Source of the DNA: an uncultured Gammaproteobacteria bacterium
GTDB taxonomy: Bacteria > Pseudomonadota > Gammaproteobacteria > DRLM01
Assembly (NCBI GenBank): GCA_963729605.1
Contig: CAVSNY010000006.1
Coordinates: forward strand, 256,001-320,000
Direction of reading: 5' to 3'
DNA: 64,000 nt
The notes beneath the pieces were generated by a model. It ran no database searches. It saw only the letters and a program-made list of their open reading frames with translations, and was not told the origin of the DNA. Within the stretch, counting starts at the first letter, position 1. Each line of letters starts with the position of its first letter. The translations under genes were made by a program, and so were the position numbers. Positions 19,669 through 29,479 of this stretch are shown one piece after another.

Positions 19669-20436
19669 TCACTTGGTTTGCCGCGTCCTACGCCACTCAC
19701 CCTGCGTCTTGAATCGCGATGACATCCCGCCCGCGCTGAATTCGTCCAATGCCTCGGCCGCGAGATAGGCCTTGAGCGGCAAATGATCGGAGGCGAGACG
19801 CGCCAGCGGGCTGTCGTGAACCTCCAGATGCCGCAAGGCGGCGCGCGGCCGCACCCAGATGCGGTCGAGGGCGAACAAGGGCCAGCGGGCGGGAAAAGTG
19901 CGTGGTGAAGGCGTTTGCTTGAAATAGACATGCAACCAGCGCAGCGGCCGACCCCACAGATACCACTCGTTGATGTCGCCCAACAAGACCGCCGGACCTT
20001 GGAGTTCCGGTTGAAAGATTTCGAGTAGCCGCTGAACCTGAGTGCGCCGTTCGGACGGAAAGAGGCCGAGATGGGTCGCGACGACACAAAGGCGATACCG
20101 TCCGCAATCGAGCAACGCCTCGATGGCGCCGCGCGGCTCGTGGCCGGGCACGCTCAAATCGGTGCCCCGCTGTTCGAGAATCTTGAAACGCGTCAGCAGA
20201 CCGTTGCCGTAATGGCCGATGTTCCTTTGGAGCGTCGGTCCGGCGATGAAGGCCATGTCCATCGATCTCGCCAGATAACCGAGCATGTCGAAACCGGCGC
20301 TGGCATTGGATTCGACCTCCTGCAAGGCGATGATGTCGGCCTTGAGTTCTTTCAATACGCCCACCACGCGATCCGGGTCGACACGGCCGTCGCCGCCTTT
20401 GCAGCGATGGATATTGTAGGTGGCAAGTATCATCAC
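19669..20436 (-). CDS. endonuclease/exonuclease/phosphatase family protein (YbhP-like)
   Basis: TYNIH, ALQEV, THLGL, GDINEW, LDRIW, SDHLP. Confidence 0.92.
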   Translation of the reverse strand: MMILATYNIHRCKGGDGRVDPDRVVGVLKELKADIIALQEVESNASAGFDMLGYLARSMDMAFIAGPTLQRNIGHYGNGLLTRFKILEQRGTDLSVPGHEPRGAIEALLDCGRYRLCVVATHLGLFPSERRTQVQRLLEIFQPELQGPAVLLGDINEWYLWGRPLRWLHVYFKQTPSPRTFPARWPLFALDRIWVRPRAALRHLEVHDSPLARLASDHLPLKAYLAAEALDEFSAGGMSSRFKTQGEWRRTRQTK

Positions 20437-20892
20437 GTACTCCTTGGGTGGCAACTTCACATGCGTTGCAACCGACATACCACGGGGCGCGGCCACTATC
20501 CGAGCTTGAATACGGTCTCCAAAAAAGGCTAACCGACCCGGGGTCCATTCGTTGGCGGCGTTGTTAAATTTACAAAGTGGCGGTGTTTTTTTCCTTTTTT
20601 TGACGCGTCATAAATAAATAAACGACGGGATGGAAAGATAATTCGACACCCGGGCGCACTCGCGATTTTCCGAAAATTTCACTTATTTCCAGGGCAAACT
20701 TGCATCCTTCGCAATGCAAGTACGGCCTTTTTTAACAATCGGCTTTTATTGGCCGGTTTGTGAACTAGCCATTTTGCATGGCATGGCTTTTGTGTGCTCA
20801 ACGTCTATATCCGTAGTTTGGGACGCTCAGCGGGCTAACCGCCATCGCAGCTACCTTTCCATATACCTCACAACGAATAGAACGGGAACGCG

Positions 20893-23061
20893 ATGAAAAG
20901 CATACTTCGGCCGGGACACAATTGCTGGCGCGTCGAACGGGCGGACCGCCTCGCTTTTCTAGTCGACGGCGCCGCCTATTTTCGCGCGCTGCGTCATGCG
21001 ATGACGCGCGCCGAGAAGTCGATCTTGGTCCTGTCTTGGGACATCGACAGCCGATTTCGTTTGATGCGCGACGACGGTTTCGACGACGGTTGGCCCGCGC
21101 CGCTCGGCGAATTCTTCAACGAGCTAGTGCGCCGCAAACGTAAACTGCATACACATATTTTGAGTTGGGACTTCGCGATGATCTTCGCGCTGGACCGCGA
21201 ATGGCTGCCGCTTTACCAGCAGCATTGGAATGCCCAGCGCCGGCTGCATTTTCATATGGACGATTGTCATCCCATGGGCGGATCCCACCATCAGAAGGTG
21301 GTGGTGATCGATGACAGGATCGCCTTTGCCGGCGGCCTCGATCTCACCCTGGGGCGTTGGGACACGCCGGAACACCGGCCCAAGGATCCGCGCCGTATCG
21401 AACTCAACCACGAACCCGGACGGCCCTATCACGACATTCAAGTGGCGGTAACGGGTGCCGCGGCGCGCGCCTTGGGCGATCTGAGTCGCGAACGCTGGTA
21501 TTGCGCCACGGGGAAAAAATTGCGGGCGCCAGCGGTGAGCGGCGATCCCTGGCCGGATTATCTGACGACCGACCTCGACGCGGTGGATGTCGCGATCGTG
21601 CGCACCGTCCCCGAATACGGCAACAACGCCGAGATACGCGAAGGCGAACAACTTTATCTCGACGCCGTCGCGGGGGCCGAACGCTGGATCTACATCGAGA
21701 ACCAGTATTTCACCTCCGCCACCATCGCCGAGGCCTTGGCGGCGCGCCTGCGGGAACCCCACGGTCCGGAAATCGTCATCGTCCTGCCGCTGCGCACCGA
21801 CGGTTGGCTGGCCAACGTCACCATGGACGTGATCCGGCTGCGCCTCTTGCAGAAGTTGGCGAAGGCCGATCACGCCGGGCGGTTGCGGGTGTTTTATCCG
21901 GACATGCCGGGCTTGGAAGAGCAGCCCATCAACGTCCACTCGAAACTCATCATCGTCGATGACGACTTCGTCCGCGTCGGTTCCGCGAATTTAAATAACC
22001 GATCCATGCTGCTGGATACCGAATGCGATCTCGCCGTCGAGGCCGCGGGCGATCCGCGCTTGAGCGAAGGTATCGCCGCTTTTCGTCATCGTTTGCTGGG
22101 CGAACATTTGGGCGCGGAGGTTGGGCAGGTCGCCCTCGCCTTGCGTGAAAAGAATTCCTTGATCGGCGCCATCGAGAGTTTGCGCACTTCGGACCGAACC
22201 TTGAAGCCGCTGGATCTGCCGGAACCGGCCAATGACCTGTGGGCCTCCCCCGAGGTGTTCGATCCCGAATATCCCTACGATCCCGCCCTGGTGGTCCGCC
22301 GGCTGGTGCCGGATGAGGAACGCCCGTCGTTGCGCAGACGCATACTGATGTGGAGTCTGCTGTTGATCTTGATATTGGGCCTCGCCGCCGCCTGGCGCTG
22401 GACGCCGCTTTCGGAGTGGGTGAATCCGCAGATGTTGGCGGAGGAATTTTCCTCGTTGCGGTCGGGGCCGCTGGCGTTCATCGTGGTAATCGCGGTATTT
22501 GTGATCGGGGGTTTGGTGATGATACCGGTGACATTGTTGGTTACCGCCACCATCATCAGCTTCGGCGCGGGCTACGGTTTTTTCTATGCGCTCGCCGGCT
22601 CCTTGTTGAGCGCGCTGGCGACCTACGGATTGGCCAGGTTGATCGGCCGCGCGCGGGTGAGACGGCTCGCCGGCTCGCGGCTCAATCGCATCACCCGCCA
22701 ACTTGCGCAGCGAGGGATCTTGACGGTCTTCATCGTCCGCCTCTTGCCGGTGGCGCCGTTCACCGTCGTCAATCTCGTCGCCGGCGCATCCAACGTCAGC
22801 CTGCGCGATTTCATGCTGGGCACTCTCTTGGGCATGATGCCGGGCGTACTCGCGATCACGCTGCTGGTGGAACGGATCGACGCCGTACTGCACACGCCGT
22901 CAACGGCACATATTCTGACCTTGCTCGGCATGGCCCTGATCGTGGGCATCGCGATTTATCAACTGGTGAAGTGGCTGCGCAAGACGGCGGCGCGGCGAGC
23001 GGAGCAAACAGCGGAAGACGAAGCCTCCGCAACACCCAACCTCAAACCATACGCGGATTGA
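20893..23061 (+). CDS. phospholipase D fused to a VTT/DedA (TVP38) domain
   Basis: Two HKD motifs (HQKVVVID, HSKLIIVD) and a C-terminal DedA-type RLLPVAPFTVVNLVAG. Confidence 0.92.
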   Translation: MKSILRPGHNCWRVERADRLAFLVDGAAYFRALRHAMTRAEKSILVLSWDIDSRFRLMRDDGFDDGWPAPLGEFFNELVRRKRKLHTHILSWDFAMIFALDREWLPLYQQHWNAQRRLHFHMDDCHPMGGSHHQKVVVIDDRIAFAGGLDLTLGRWDTPEHRPKDPRRIELNHEPGRPYHDIQVAVTGAAARALGDLSRERWYCATGKKLRAPAVSGDPWPDYLTTDLDAVDVAIVRTVPEYGNNAEIREGEQLYLDAVAGAERWIYIENQYFTSATIAEALAARLREPHGPEIVIVLPLRTDGWLANVTMDVIRLRLLQKLAKADHAGRLRVFYPDMPGLEEQPINVHSKLIIVDDDFVRVGSANLNNRSMLLDTECDLAVEAAGDPRLSEGIAAFRHRLLGEHLGAEVGQVALALREKNSLIGAIESLRTSDRTLKPLDLPEPANDLWASPEVFDPEYPYDPALVVRRLVPDEERPSLRRRILMWSLLLILILGLAAAWRWTPLSEWVNPQMLAEEFSSLRSGPLAFIVVIAVFVIGGLVMIPVTLLVTATIISFGAGYGFFYALAGSLLSALATYGLARLIGRARVRRLAGSRLNRITRQLAQRGILTVFIVRLLPVAPFTVVNLVAGASNVSLRDFMLGTLLGMMPGVLAITLLVERIDAVLHTPSTAHILTLLGMALIVGIAIYQLVKWLRKTAARRAEQTAEDEASATPNLKPYAD

Positions 23062-23167
23062 CCCGGCCACGCACCCGTAAGATCGTCGTTATTCCCGCCA
23101 TTGCCGTCTATCACGAAAGGGCGGTCAGCCAAACCGCCCGCGCCGGCAACGCGGCGCGGGCGGCTCA

Positions 23168-24874
23168 TCACATCGTCCCCAGATCCACCGCGCCGAGGTT
23201 GTCGCCCAACTCGCCCGGCCCGTCGCCCCGGTTAGCGGTATCGCCGAGCCCCAATTGACCCAACTCGTTGAGGCCCCAGCATTTGACGGTACCGTTGTCG
23301 AGGTAGGCGCAATTGAAATTCCAGCCGGACACCACGTCACGTGCGCTGCGCCCCGTGCCTAACTCCACTACAGGCAAGGCATCGCCCATCTCGAAACCGA
23401 TGCTGCCGCGCGGAGACACATCGCCTGTACCAAGTTGCCCGGCGAAATTGGCGCCCCAACACTTCACCGTCGCGTCGTCGAGGATCGCGCAGCTGTGCTG
23501 CAAGCCGGCCGCGACAGCGAGCGCAAGGCGGTTGCTGCCGAGGTTCACCGCCGGCAGCGCGTCGCCCATCTCGCCGGTCTCGTCGCCGCGGTTAAATGTA
23601 GCGCCGACGCCCAGCTGGGCTGAATTATTGAGGCCCCAACATTTGACCTGGCCGTTGTCGAGGACGGCACACGTGTGATCGCGGCCGGCGGCCAAGCGCA
23701 CGGCGGTGCGGCCCGCGCCGAAATCCACCGCGGGCAAACGGTCGCCCATCTCGTTGCCGGCATCGCCGCGATTGAGGGTGTCGCCTATCCCGAGTTGGCC
23801 CCGGTCGTTTTGACCCCAGCATTTCACCGCGCCGTTATCGAGACGGGCACAGGTGCGAAAACCGCCCGCCGCCAGCTCGACGGCGAGACGTCCCGCGCCC
23901 AGATCCACCGCCGGCAAACGGTCGCCCAGATCGGTTGCCAGCCGGCCGCGATGGGCGGTGTCGCCCACCCCGAGCTGGCCGAAGCTATTATTGCCCCAGC
24001 ATTTCACCGCGCCGTTATCGAGGCGCGCGCACGCGTGACCGCTGCCCGCCACCACTTGTGCGGCGCGGCGGCCGGTGCCTAGGTTCACCGCGGGCAGATT
24101 CTGCATTTCACCCGGCGCATCACCTTGAATTTGATCATTGCCGACGCCGAGTTCGCCGACCCGGTTGAGCCCCCAACATTTGACGGAGCCGTCTTCGAGC
24201 CGGGCACAATTAAAGTAATCGCCCGCCACCACGTCCACCGCCGGTCCGCCCAGGGCTACCGCGGGCAGGTTGTCGCCCAACTCACCGGCTTGATCACCGC
24301 GGGCTTGCGTGTCGCCCAGACCGAGCTGGCCGAAGACGTTGTCGCCCCAGCATTTGACCGTGCCTGAATCGGCGCGCAGACAGGTATGGCCCCCGCCGGC
24401 GGCCAAGCGGTTGCCGCCGGTGTTGAATTGCCACTCGTGGGCGGCGGTCAGCGGATTGCCGGCGGGGTCGCGGATGGCGACGCTGAGACTGGCGGTATAA
24501 TCGCCACCCACGAGCAAGGGTTGGCGCGGGGTGAAGGCGGCTTGGGTGCCCTGCAAAGTCACGTCGCCGTCGACACGGCCGGCGGGGCCGGTCAAGGTAA
24601 AACTGTTGACATTGACGGTTGCCGGCGCGAGGGCCTCGTTGAAGGTCACCACGACCACCGGCCCGCTGAGGACCGCGCCCCGGGCGCCCGGCGGCGGCAG
24701 GGTGGCGACGACGCGGGGTGCGACGCTGTCGATCTCCTCGGAGGGGCCCGGGACCTCGTCGTCCGGGGTCCGGGCGTTACGATCGTGATCGTGATAATCG
24801 ATACAGGCACTTAACGAGAGGATGACTACGAGCGGGGCCAACACCCCCCATCGGCGTAATAAAGCGGCAACCAT
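23168..24874 (-). CDS. lipoprotein with an Ig-like domain and 7 RCC1-type repeats
   Basis: Lipobox LSAC, Ig-like VTFNE...D(P)AGNPL, seven VKCWGxNxxGQLG repeats at about 180-nt period. Confidence 0.88.
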   Translation of the reverse strand: MVAALLRRWGVLAPLVVILSLSACIDYHDHDRNARTPDDEVPGPSEEIDSVAPRVVATLPPPGARGAVLSGPVVVVTFNEALAPATVNVNSFTLTGPAGRVDGDVTLQGTQAAFTPRQPLLVGGDYTASLSVAIRDPAGNPLTAAHEWQFNTGGNRLAAGGGHTCLRADSGTVKCWGDNVFGQLGLGDTQARGDQAGELGDNLPAVALGGPAVDVVAGDYFNCARLEDGSVKCWGLNRVGELGVGNDQIQGDAPGEMQNLPAVNLGTGRRAAQVVAGSGHACARLDNGAVKCWGNNSFGQLGVGDTAHRGRLATDLGDRLPAVDLGAGRLAVELAAGGFRTCARLDNGAVKCWGQNDRGQLGIGDTLNRGDAGNEMGDRLPAVDFGAGRTAVRLAAGRDHTCAVLDNGQVKCWGLNNSAQLGVGATFNRGDETGEMGDALPAVNLGSNRLALAVAAGLQHSCAILDDATVKCWGANFAGQLGTGDVSPRGSIGFEMGDALPVVELGTGRSARDVVSGWNFNCAYLDNGTVKCWGLNELGQLGLGDTANRGDGPGELGDNLGAVDLGTM

Positions 24875-25051
24875 AACAAGCCCCCATGCTGGTCAGCAAA
24901 CCCCACACCCGGAATCTTATGTTTTTTTCAATTCAGATCGGCAACACGGCCCTATACTAGCACCAATTTTCCTCGCGCCGCCTTACCCCGATGTGCCGGG
25001 AACGGCGGATTGGGGCGTCGCACCCCGACCCGCCTGCCGGCCCGCGCTACT

Positions 25052-25786
25052 TCACTCCTCGCTGAAGGCCACCCGGTCACCCACCGCCAGTTCCAAGGCT
25101 TGGTCCGCCCGCCCCTGGTTGACCGCGATCTCCACCAGGCCGTTGGCGTTTTCATACCAGAACGCCGCGCCCGGCGGGACGGCGGAGAAGGTGCGCGCCC
25201 GGCCGACGCCGCTGCCCCGCACCTGCACGCGGACCGTATCGCCGAGGCCGGCGGCGCGGGTGCCGGTCATGGCGTTACCGAAATGGTCGATGTAGACGAT
25301 CTCCGCCAAGTCGGCGGGCCAATCGGGCAACAAACGCTCCGCCAATTCGCGGCGCACACCGGGCGGCGGCTCGCCGCGCGCCAAGCGCGCCGCCACCGGC
25401 GCGAACACATCGCGGCCGTGAAACGAGACGGACAAACGCGCCGGCCGCCATTCGATATCCCACCACACCACCTCCGTGCCGCGCGCCGCCACCACATTGA
25501 ACAAACCGTTATCCGGTCCGACGAACCAGCGCCCGTCCACCTGCACCGCGGCGGGACGGCGCTCCGGGTCGCCGACCCCCGGGTCCACCACGGCTAAAAA
25601 TACCGCGTCATTGGGAAATTCATCGGCGTAGGCGGCCAGCAGATAGGCCGCCGCCCGGGGATTGTAACCAGGCGCGTTGGTGAAGAGATCGATCACGGGG
25701 TGACCCGGCGCGTCCCGTTGCAGCACGGCCTTCATCTGGCCGAGATAAGGCCCGTCGCCGCCGAAATCGGTGAAGGTCACGATCAT
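25052..25786 (-). CDS. DUF62 SAM hydrolase / halogenase-family protein
   Basis: TDFG, VVDPGVG, GPDNG, SFHGRDVFAP, IDHFGN, EIAVNQG. Confidence 0.92.
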   Translation of the reverse strand: MIVTFTDFGGDGPYLGQMKAVLQRDAPGHPVIDLFTNAPGYNPRAAAYLLAAYADEFPNDAVFLAVVDPGVGDPERRPAAVQVDGRWFVGPDNGLFNVVAARGTEVVWWDIEWRPARLSVSFHGRDVFAPVAARLARGEPPPGVRRELAERLLPDWPADLAEIVYIDHFGNAMTGTRAAGLGDTVRVQVRGSGVGRARTFSAVPPGAAFWYENANGLVEIAVNQGRADQALELAVGDRVAFSEE

Positions 25787-25890
25787 GGAACTGGCATCCT
25801 GCGTCCGCTGGGTCGGCATGCGCGTGCGCACCCCAGGCGATTTTAAACCAAGCGCGGGCGAGCCCGCTCATCAATCTGAAAAAAGCGGTT

Positions 25891-25990
25891 GGACACGGAG
25901 GACACGGAGATCACGGAGGAAAACCAATGACTGTGTACTGATCGACGTCACACTACGGGTGAATCCCCGTGCCCTTCATGTCCTCCGTAG
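25891..25990. repeat. 9-mer tandem repeat (CACGGAGRW)x3 with a downstream complementary arm
   Basis: GGACACGGAGGACACGGAGATCACGGAGG can pair with CCCCGTGCCCTTCATGTCCTCCGT. Confidence 0.6.
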
Positions 25991-26221
25991 TTTGTATTCG
26001 CGGCTTTTAGGATGAAATAAAAAGCCGGCAATGTCCCACTTTTGGTTCACATGAGGTCCTTGTTATTCAGCGGTAGGCGGTTCCAATGCGACAATCTCCC
26101 GCTTCTCCGTGCCCTCCGTGATTCGGATCCGCGGTTTTTAGAATGAAAAACGAAAAAGCCGGGCAATGCCCGGCTTTTTCGTTTTTCATGAGCTCCGCTT
26201 TATTCGGCGGTGGGCGGTTCC
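25962..26221. repeat. diverged tandem duplication (about 125 bp x2) including the rplQ 3' end and terminator
   Basis: 25962-26084 aligns with 26093-26221, e.g. TTATTCAGCGGTAGGCGGTTCC vs TTATTCGGCGGTGGGCGGTTCC. Confidence 0.8.
26143..26189 (-). terminator. Rho-independent terminator of the alpha operon (perfect 23-bp inverted repeat)
   Basis: ATGAAAAACGAAAAAGCCGGGCA-A-TGCCCGGCTTTTTCGTTTTTCAT, just after rplQ. Confidence 0.9.
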
Positions 26222-26592
26222 GCCGCCTCCGACTGCGGGCGATCCACCAATTCGACATAGGCCATGGGCGCGCTGTCGCCGGCACGGAAGCCGCACTTCA
26301 AGATGCGCAGATAACCGCCGGGGCGCTGCTTGTAACGGGGGCCCAGCTCGTTGAAGAGCTTGGTCACCATCTCGCGATCGCGAATACGATCGAAGGCCAG
26401 GCGACGACCGGCCAGGCTGTCGCTCTTCGCCATCGTAATCAAGGGCTCGGCGACCCGGCGCAATTCTTTGGCCTTGGGCAAGGTGGTCTTGATCGCTTCA
26501 TGACGCAGCAGCGAAACGGCCATATTGCGCATCAGCGCCTTGCGATGACTACTGTTCCGGCTCAACTGCCGGCCTATATTGCGATGACGCAT
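26200..26592 (-). CDS. rplQ: 50S ribosomal protein L17
   Basis: MRHR...[20 protein letters not shown]. Confidence 0.98.
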   Translation of the reverse strand: MRHRNIGRQLSRNSSHRKALMRNMAVSLLRHEAIKTTLPKAKELRRVAEPLITMAKSDSLAGRRLAFDRIRDREMVTKLFNELGPRYKQRPGGYLRILKCGFRAGDSAPMAYVELVDRPQSEAAEPPTAE

Positions 26593-26666
26593 CGTCGATT
26601 ATCCTTTTACTTCAATTCAAACTCGTCCACCGATGTCCGGCGGCAACTGGGCGCCGGACAGGGGTT

Positions 26667-27677
26667 TCAGACCGGTGCTTTTTCTTTAATCGCCTTGTCC
26701 TGCAAACTGGCGGGCGGCCAGTTTTCCAGACGCATGCCGAGCGACAGGCCATGGGAGGCCAATACATCTTTGATCTCGGTCAGCGATTTCTTGCCCAGAT
26801 TAGGCGTCTTCAACAATTCCACTTCGGTACGCTGAATCAGATCGCCGATGAAATAGATGTTCTCGGCCTTGAGGCAATTGGCCGCGCGCACGGTCAGCTC
26901 CAGATCGTCCACCGGCCGCAGCAGAATGGGATCGATCTCGGCCTCATGGGTGGCGATGGCGTGTTCTTCCTTGCCTTCCAAATCCACGAACACCGACAGC
27001 TGTTCGCGAAGAATGGTGGCGGCGCGCCGCACCGCCTCTTCGGCGTCGATGCTGCCGTTGGTCTCCAACTCCAGCACCAGCTTGTCCAGGTCGGTGCGCT
27101 GCTCGACACGGGCGCTTTCCACCACGTAGGAGACGCGGCGCACCGGGCTGAAGGACGCGTCCAACTGCAACTTGCCGATGGGACGGTCGCGATCACCGGG
27201 CACCACGCGGCCCACGGCCGGCTGATAACCGCGGCCGCGTTCGACCTTCAGCGTCATATTCAACTCACCCACCTTGGTGAGATGAGCGATGACATGCTCG
27301 GGGTTGACCAGTTCGATGTCGTGGCTGAGCTCGATGTCTTTGGCCAACACGGCACCGGGACCCTTTTTCTTGAGGGTCAGAGTCGCCGCATCGCGGCCGG
27401 CCATGCGCAGCGACAGACCCTTCAGGTTCAGCAGGATTTCGATGACGTCTTCCTGCACACCTTCAATGGTGGTGTACTCATGCAGCACGTTCTCGATTTC
27501 CACTTCGGTCACCGCCGCGCCGGGCATCGACGACAACAGAATCCGGCGCAAGGCATTACCCAAAGTATGCCCGAAGCCGCGCTCCAAAGGCTCGATGGTG
27601 ATCTTGGCCCGATTGGGATCAACCGCCTGCACGTCCACCGAACGTGGTTTTAAAAACTCAGCAACTGAGCCTTGCAT
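26667..27677 (-). CDS. rpoA: RNA polymerase alpha subunit
   Basis: [31 protein letters not shown]. Confidence 0.99.
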   Translation of the reverse strand: MQGSVAEFLKPRSVDVQAVDPNRAKITIEPLERGFGHTLGNALRRILLSSMPGAAVTEVEIENVLHEYTTIEGVQEDVIEILLNLKGLSLRMAGRDAATLTLKKKGPGAVLAKDIELSHDIELVNPEHVIAHLTKVGELNMTLKVERGRGYQPAVGRVVPGDRDRPIGKLQLDASFSPVRRVSYVVESARVEQRTDLDKLVLELETNGSIDAEEAVRRAATILREQLSVFVDLEGKEEHAIATHEAEIDPILLRPVDDLELTVRAANCLKAENIYFIGDLIQRTEVELLKTPNLGKKSLTEIKDVLASHGLSLGMRLENWPPASLQDKAIKEKAPV

Positions 27678-27746
27678 GAAACGCCCTCTCTTTTACGCGC
27701 GAATCACTTCGCAACGAAACCTTGCCGTATCTGAAAACCGATCGCT

Positions 27747-28373
27747 TTACTTCGAGTACAACTCGACGACCAAGTGCTCGTTGATTTCCGGCGGCAGGTC
27801 ACCGCGCTCAGGCACCGCCTTAAACACGCCTTGCATCTTTTCGACATCCACGTCCAGCCAGTCGGCGAAGCCGCGCTGTTTGGCCAGTTCCAAAGCGGCC
27901 TGGATGCGCAATTGCTTCCTGGCCCATTCGGCGACCGAAACCACGTCGCTGGGTTTGACTTGGTAGCTGGGGATGTTGACCTTCTGGCCGTTCACCATCA
28001 AACCATTGTGGCGAACCAATTGGCGCGCCTCGCTGCGCGAGGAACCGAAACCCATGCGATGGGCAACGGTGTCCAGACGGCACTCCAGCAACTGCAACAA
28101 ACGTTCGCCGGTGGAGCCTTTGCGGCGATCCGCCTCTTTGTAGTAACCGCGGAACTGCCGTTCCAAGACCCCGTAGATACGACGCAGCTTTTGCTTTTCG
28201 CGCAGCTGCACGGCGTAATCCGACAAACGCGTCCGGCGCTGGCCATGCTGGCCGGGCGGGAAGGCGCGTTTTTCAACGGCGCACTTGGAGGTAAAACATT
28301 TTTCGCCTTTGAGGAAGAGTTTTTCACCCTCACGGCGACACAAACGACACTTAGGACCAATGTACTTAGCCAC
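27747..28373 (-). CDS. rpsD: 30S ribosomal protein S4
   Basis: GTG start, [23 protein letters not shown]. Confidence 0.98.
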   Translation of the reverse strand: MAKYIGPKCRLCRREGEKLFLKGEKCFTSKCAVEKRAFPPGQHGQRRTRLSDYAVQLREKQKLRRIYGVLERQFRGYYKEADRRKGSTGERLLQLLECRLDTVAHRMGFGSSRSEARQLVRHNGLMVNGQKVNIPSYQVKPSDVVSVAEWARKQLRIQAALELAKQRGFADWLDVDVEKMQGVFKAVPERGDLPPEINEHLVVELYSK

Positions 28374-28387
28374 GCTAACCTCCCAGC

Positions 28388-28777
28388 CTAGACACGACGC
28401 TTCTTCGGCGGACGACACCCGTTGTGGGGGATCGGCGTCACATCGGTGATGCTGTTAATTTTGAAACCCACGCTATGCAGACCGCGCACTGCGGAATCAC
28501 GCCCCGGACCCGGACCCTTCACGAACACCTCGACGTTTTTGACGCCGAATTCGTTGGCGACTTGTCCGGCCTTATCGGCGGCCACCTGAGCGGCGAAGGG
28601 CGTGCTTTTACGCGAACCCTTGAAGCCACAGGCCCCGGCCGAAGACCAGGACAAGGTGTTACCTTGCCGGTCGGTGATGGTGATGATGGTGTTGTTGAAG
28701 GAGGCCTGGATGTGCGCCACCGCATCAACGACATTCTTTTTCACACGCTTGCGCGTGCGCGCAGTCGCTTTCGCCAT
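28388..28777 (-). CDS. rpsK: 30S ribosomal protein S11
   Basis: [21 protein letters not shown]. Confidence 0.99.
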   Translation of the reverse strand: MAKATARTRKRVKKNVVDAVAHIQASFNNTIITITDRQGNTLSWSSAGACGFKGSRKSTPFAAQVAADKAGQVANEFGVKNVEVFVKGPGPGRDSAVRGLHSVGFKINSITDVTPIPHNGCRPPKKRRV

Positions 28778-28813
28778 ATTAAGAAATTCCCAGTGATCGA
28801 CTATCCGTTAACA

Positions 28814-29170
28814 TTACTTACGCACGGCGCGGCGCGGGCCCTTACGGGTGCGGGCGTTAGTACGCGTACGTTGGCCGCGCAGCGGCAGGCCGCGGCGGTG
28901 GCGTAGCCCGCGATAGGTCCCAAGATCCATCAAACGTTTGATGTTCATGGAGATATCACGACGCAGGTCACCTTCAACCTTCAACTTGCCAACCTCGGTT
29001 CGCAGCAATTCGAGCTGCGCTTCAGTCAGTTCCTTCACCTTCATCTCAGGGGCGACACCGGCCGCCTGACAAATGTCACGGGCGCGCGTGCGGCCGATAC
29101 CATAGATGGACGTCAAGGCGATGACTGCATGCTTCTGAACCGGAATATTGATCCCAGCAATACGGGCCAT
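28814..29170 (-). CDS. rpsM: 30S ribosomal protein S13
   Basis: [24 protein letters not shown]. Confidence 0.99.
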   Translation of the reverse strand: MARIAGINIPVQKHAVIALTSIYGIGRTRARDICQAAGVAPEMKVKELTEAQLELLRTEVGKLKVEGDLRRDISMNIKRLMDLGTYRGLRHRRGLPLRGQRTRTNARTRKGPRRAVRK

Positions 29171-29292
29171 TCAAATACTCTCCTAAAAACCCTAAGGCGC
29201 TTCGCGAAAACCCGTAACTCTACCGTTTTCACGTCAAAATTACAACAACCGCGGTCTAGTCCACTCCGCCAACGACCAGACCCGACACCCGC

Positions 29293-29406
29293 TCAACCTT
29301 GGCGTTGTTTATGGCGGGCTTCGGCGCAGATGACCCGCACCACACCCTTGCGGCGGACGATCTTGCAGTTACGGCACACTTTTTTTACTGACGCTTGTAC
29401 TTTCAT
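29293..29406 (-). CDS. rpmJ: 50S ribosomal protein L36 (zinc-ribbon type); below the ORF-track cutoff
   Basis: [37 protein letters not shown]. Confidence 0.97.
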   Translation of the reverse strand: MKVQASVKKVCRNCKIVRRKGVVRVICAEARHKQRQG

Positions 29407-29479
29407 ACTCAATCCCCTTTACAAAATCGGTCCCCCGCTACTGGCCATTAAGCCCAGAAGGGAGGGCGGCACCGCTGAA

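Noticed and set aside
23168-24420. Regular 180-nt repeats considered as a CRISPR array or DGR template/variable pair
   Set aside because: They are in-frame protein repeats with codon-type divergence. No cas or reverse transcriptase gene is present.
25891-26221. Repeats after rplQ considered as a mini-CRISPR
   Set aside because: Only two diverged units, no repeat-spacer periodicity and no cas genes.
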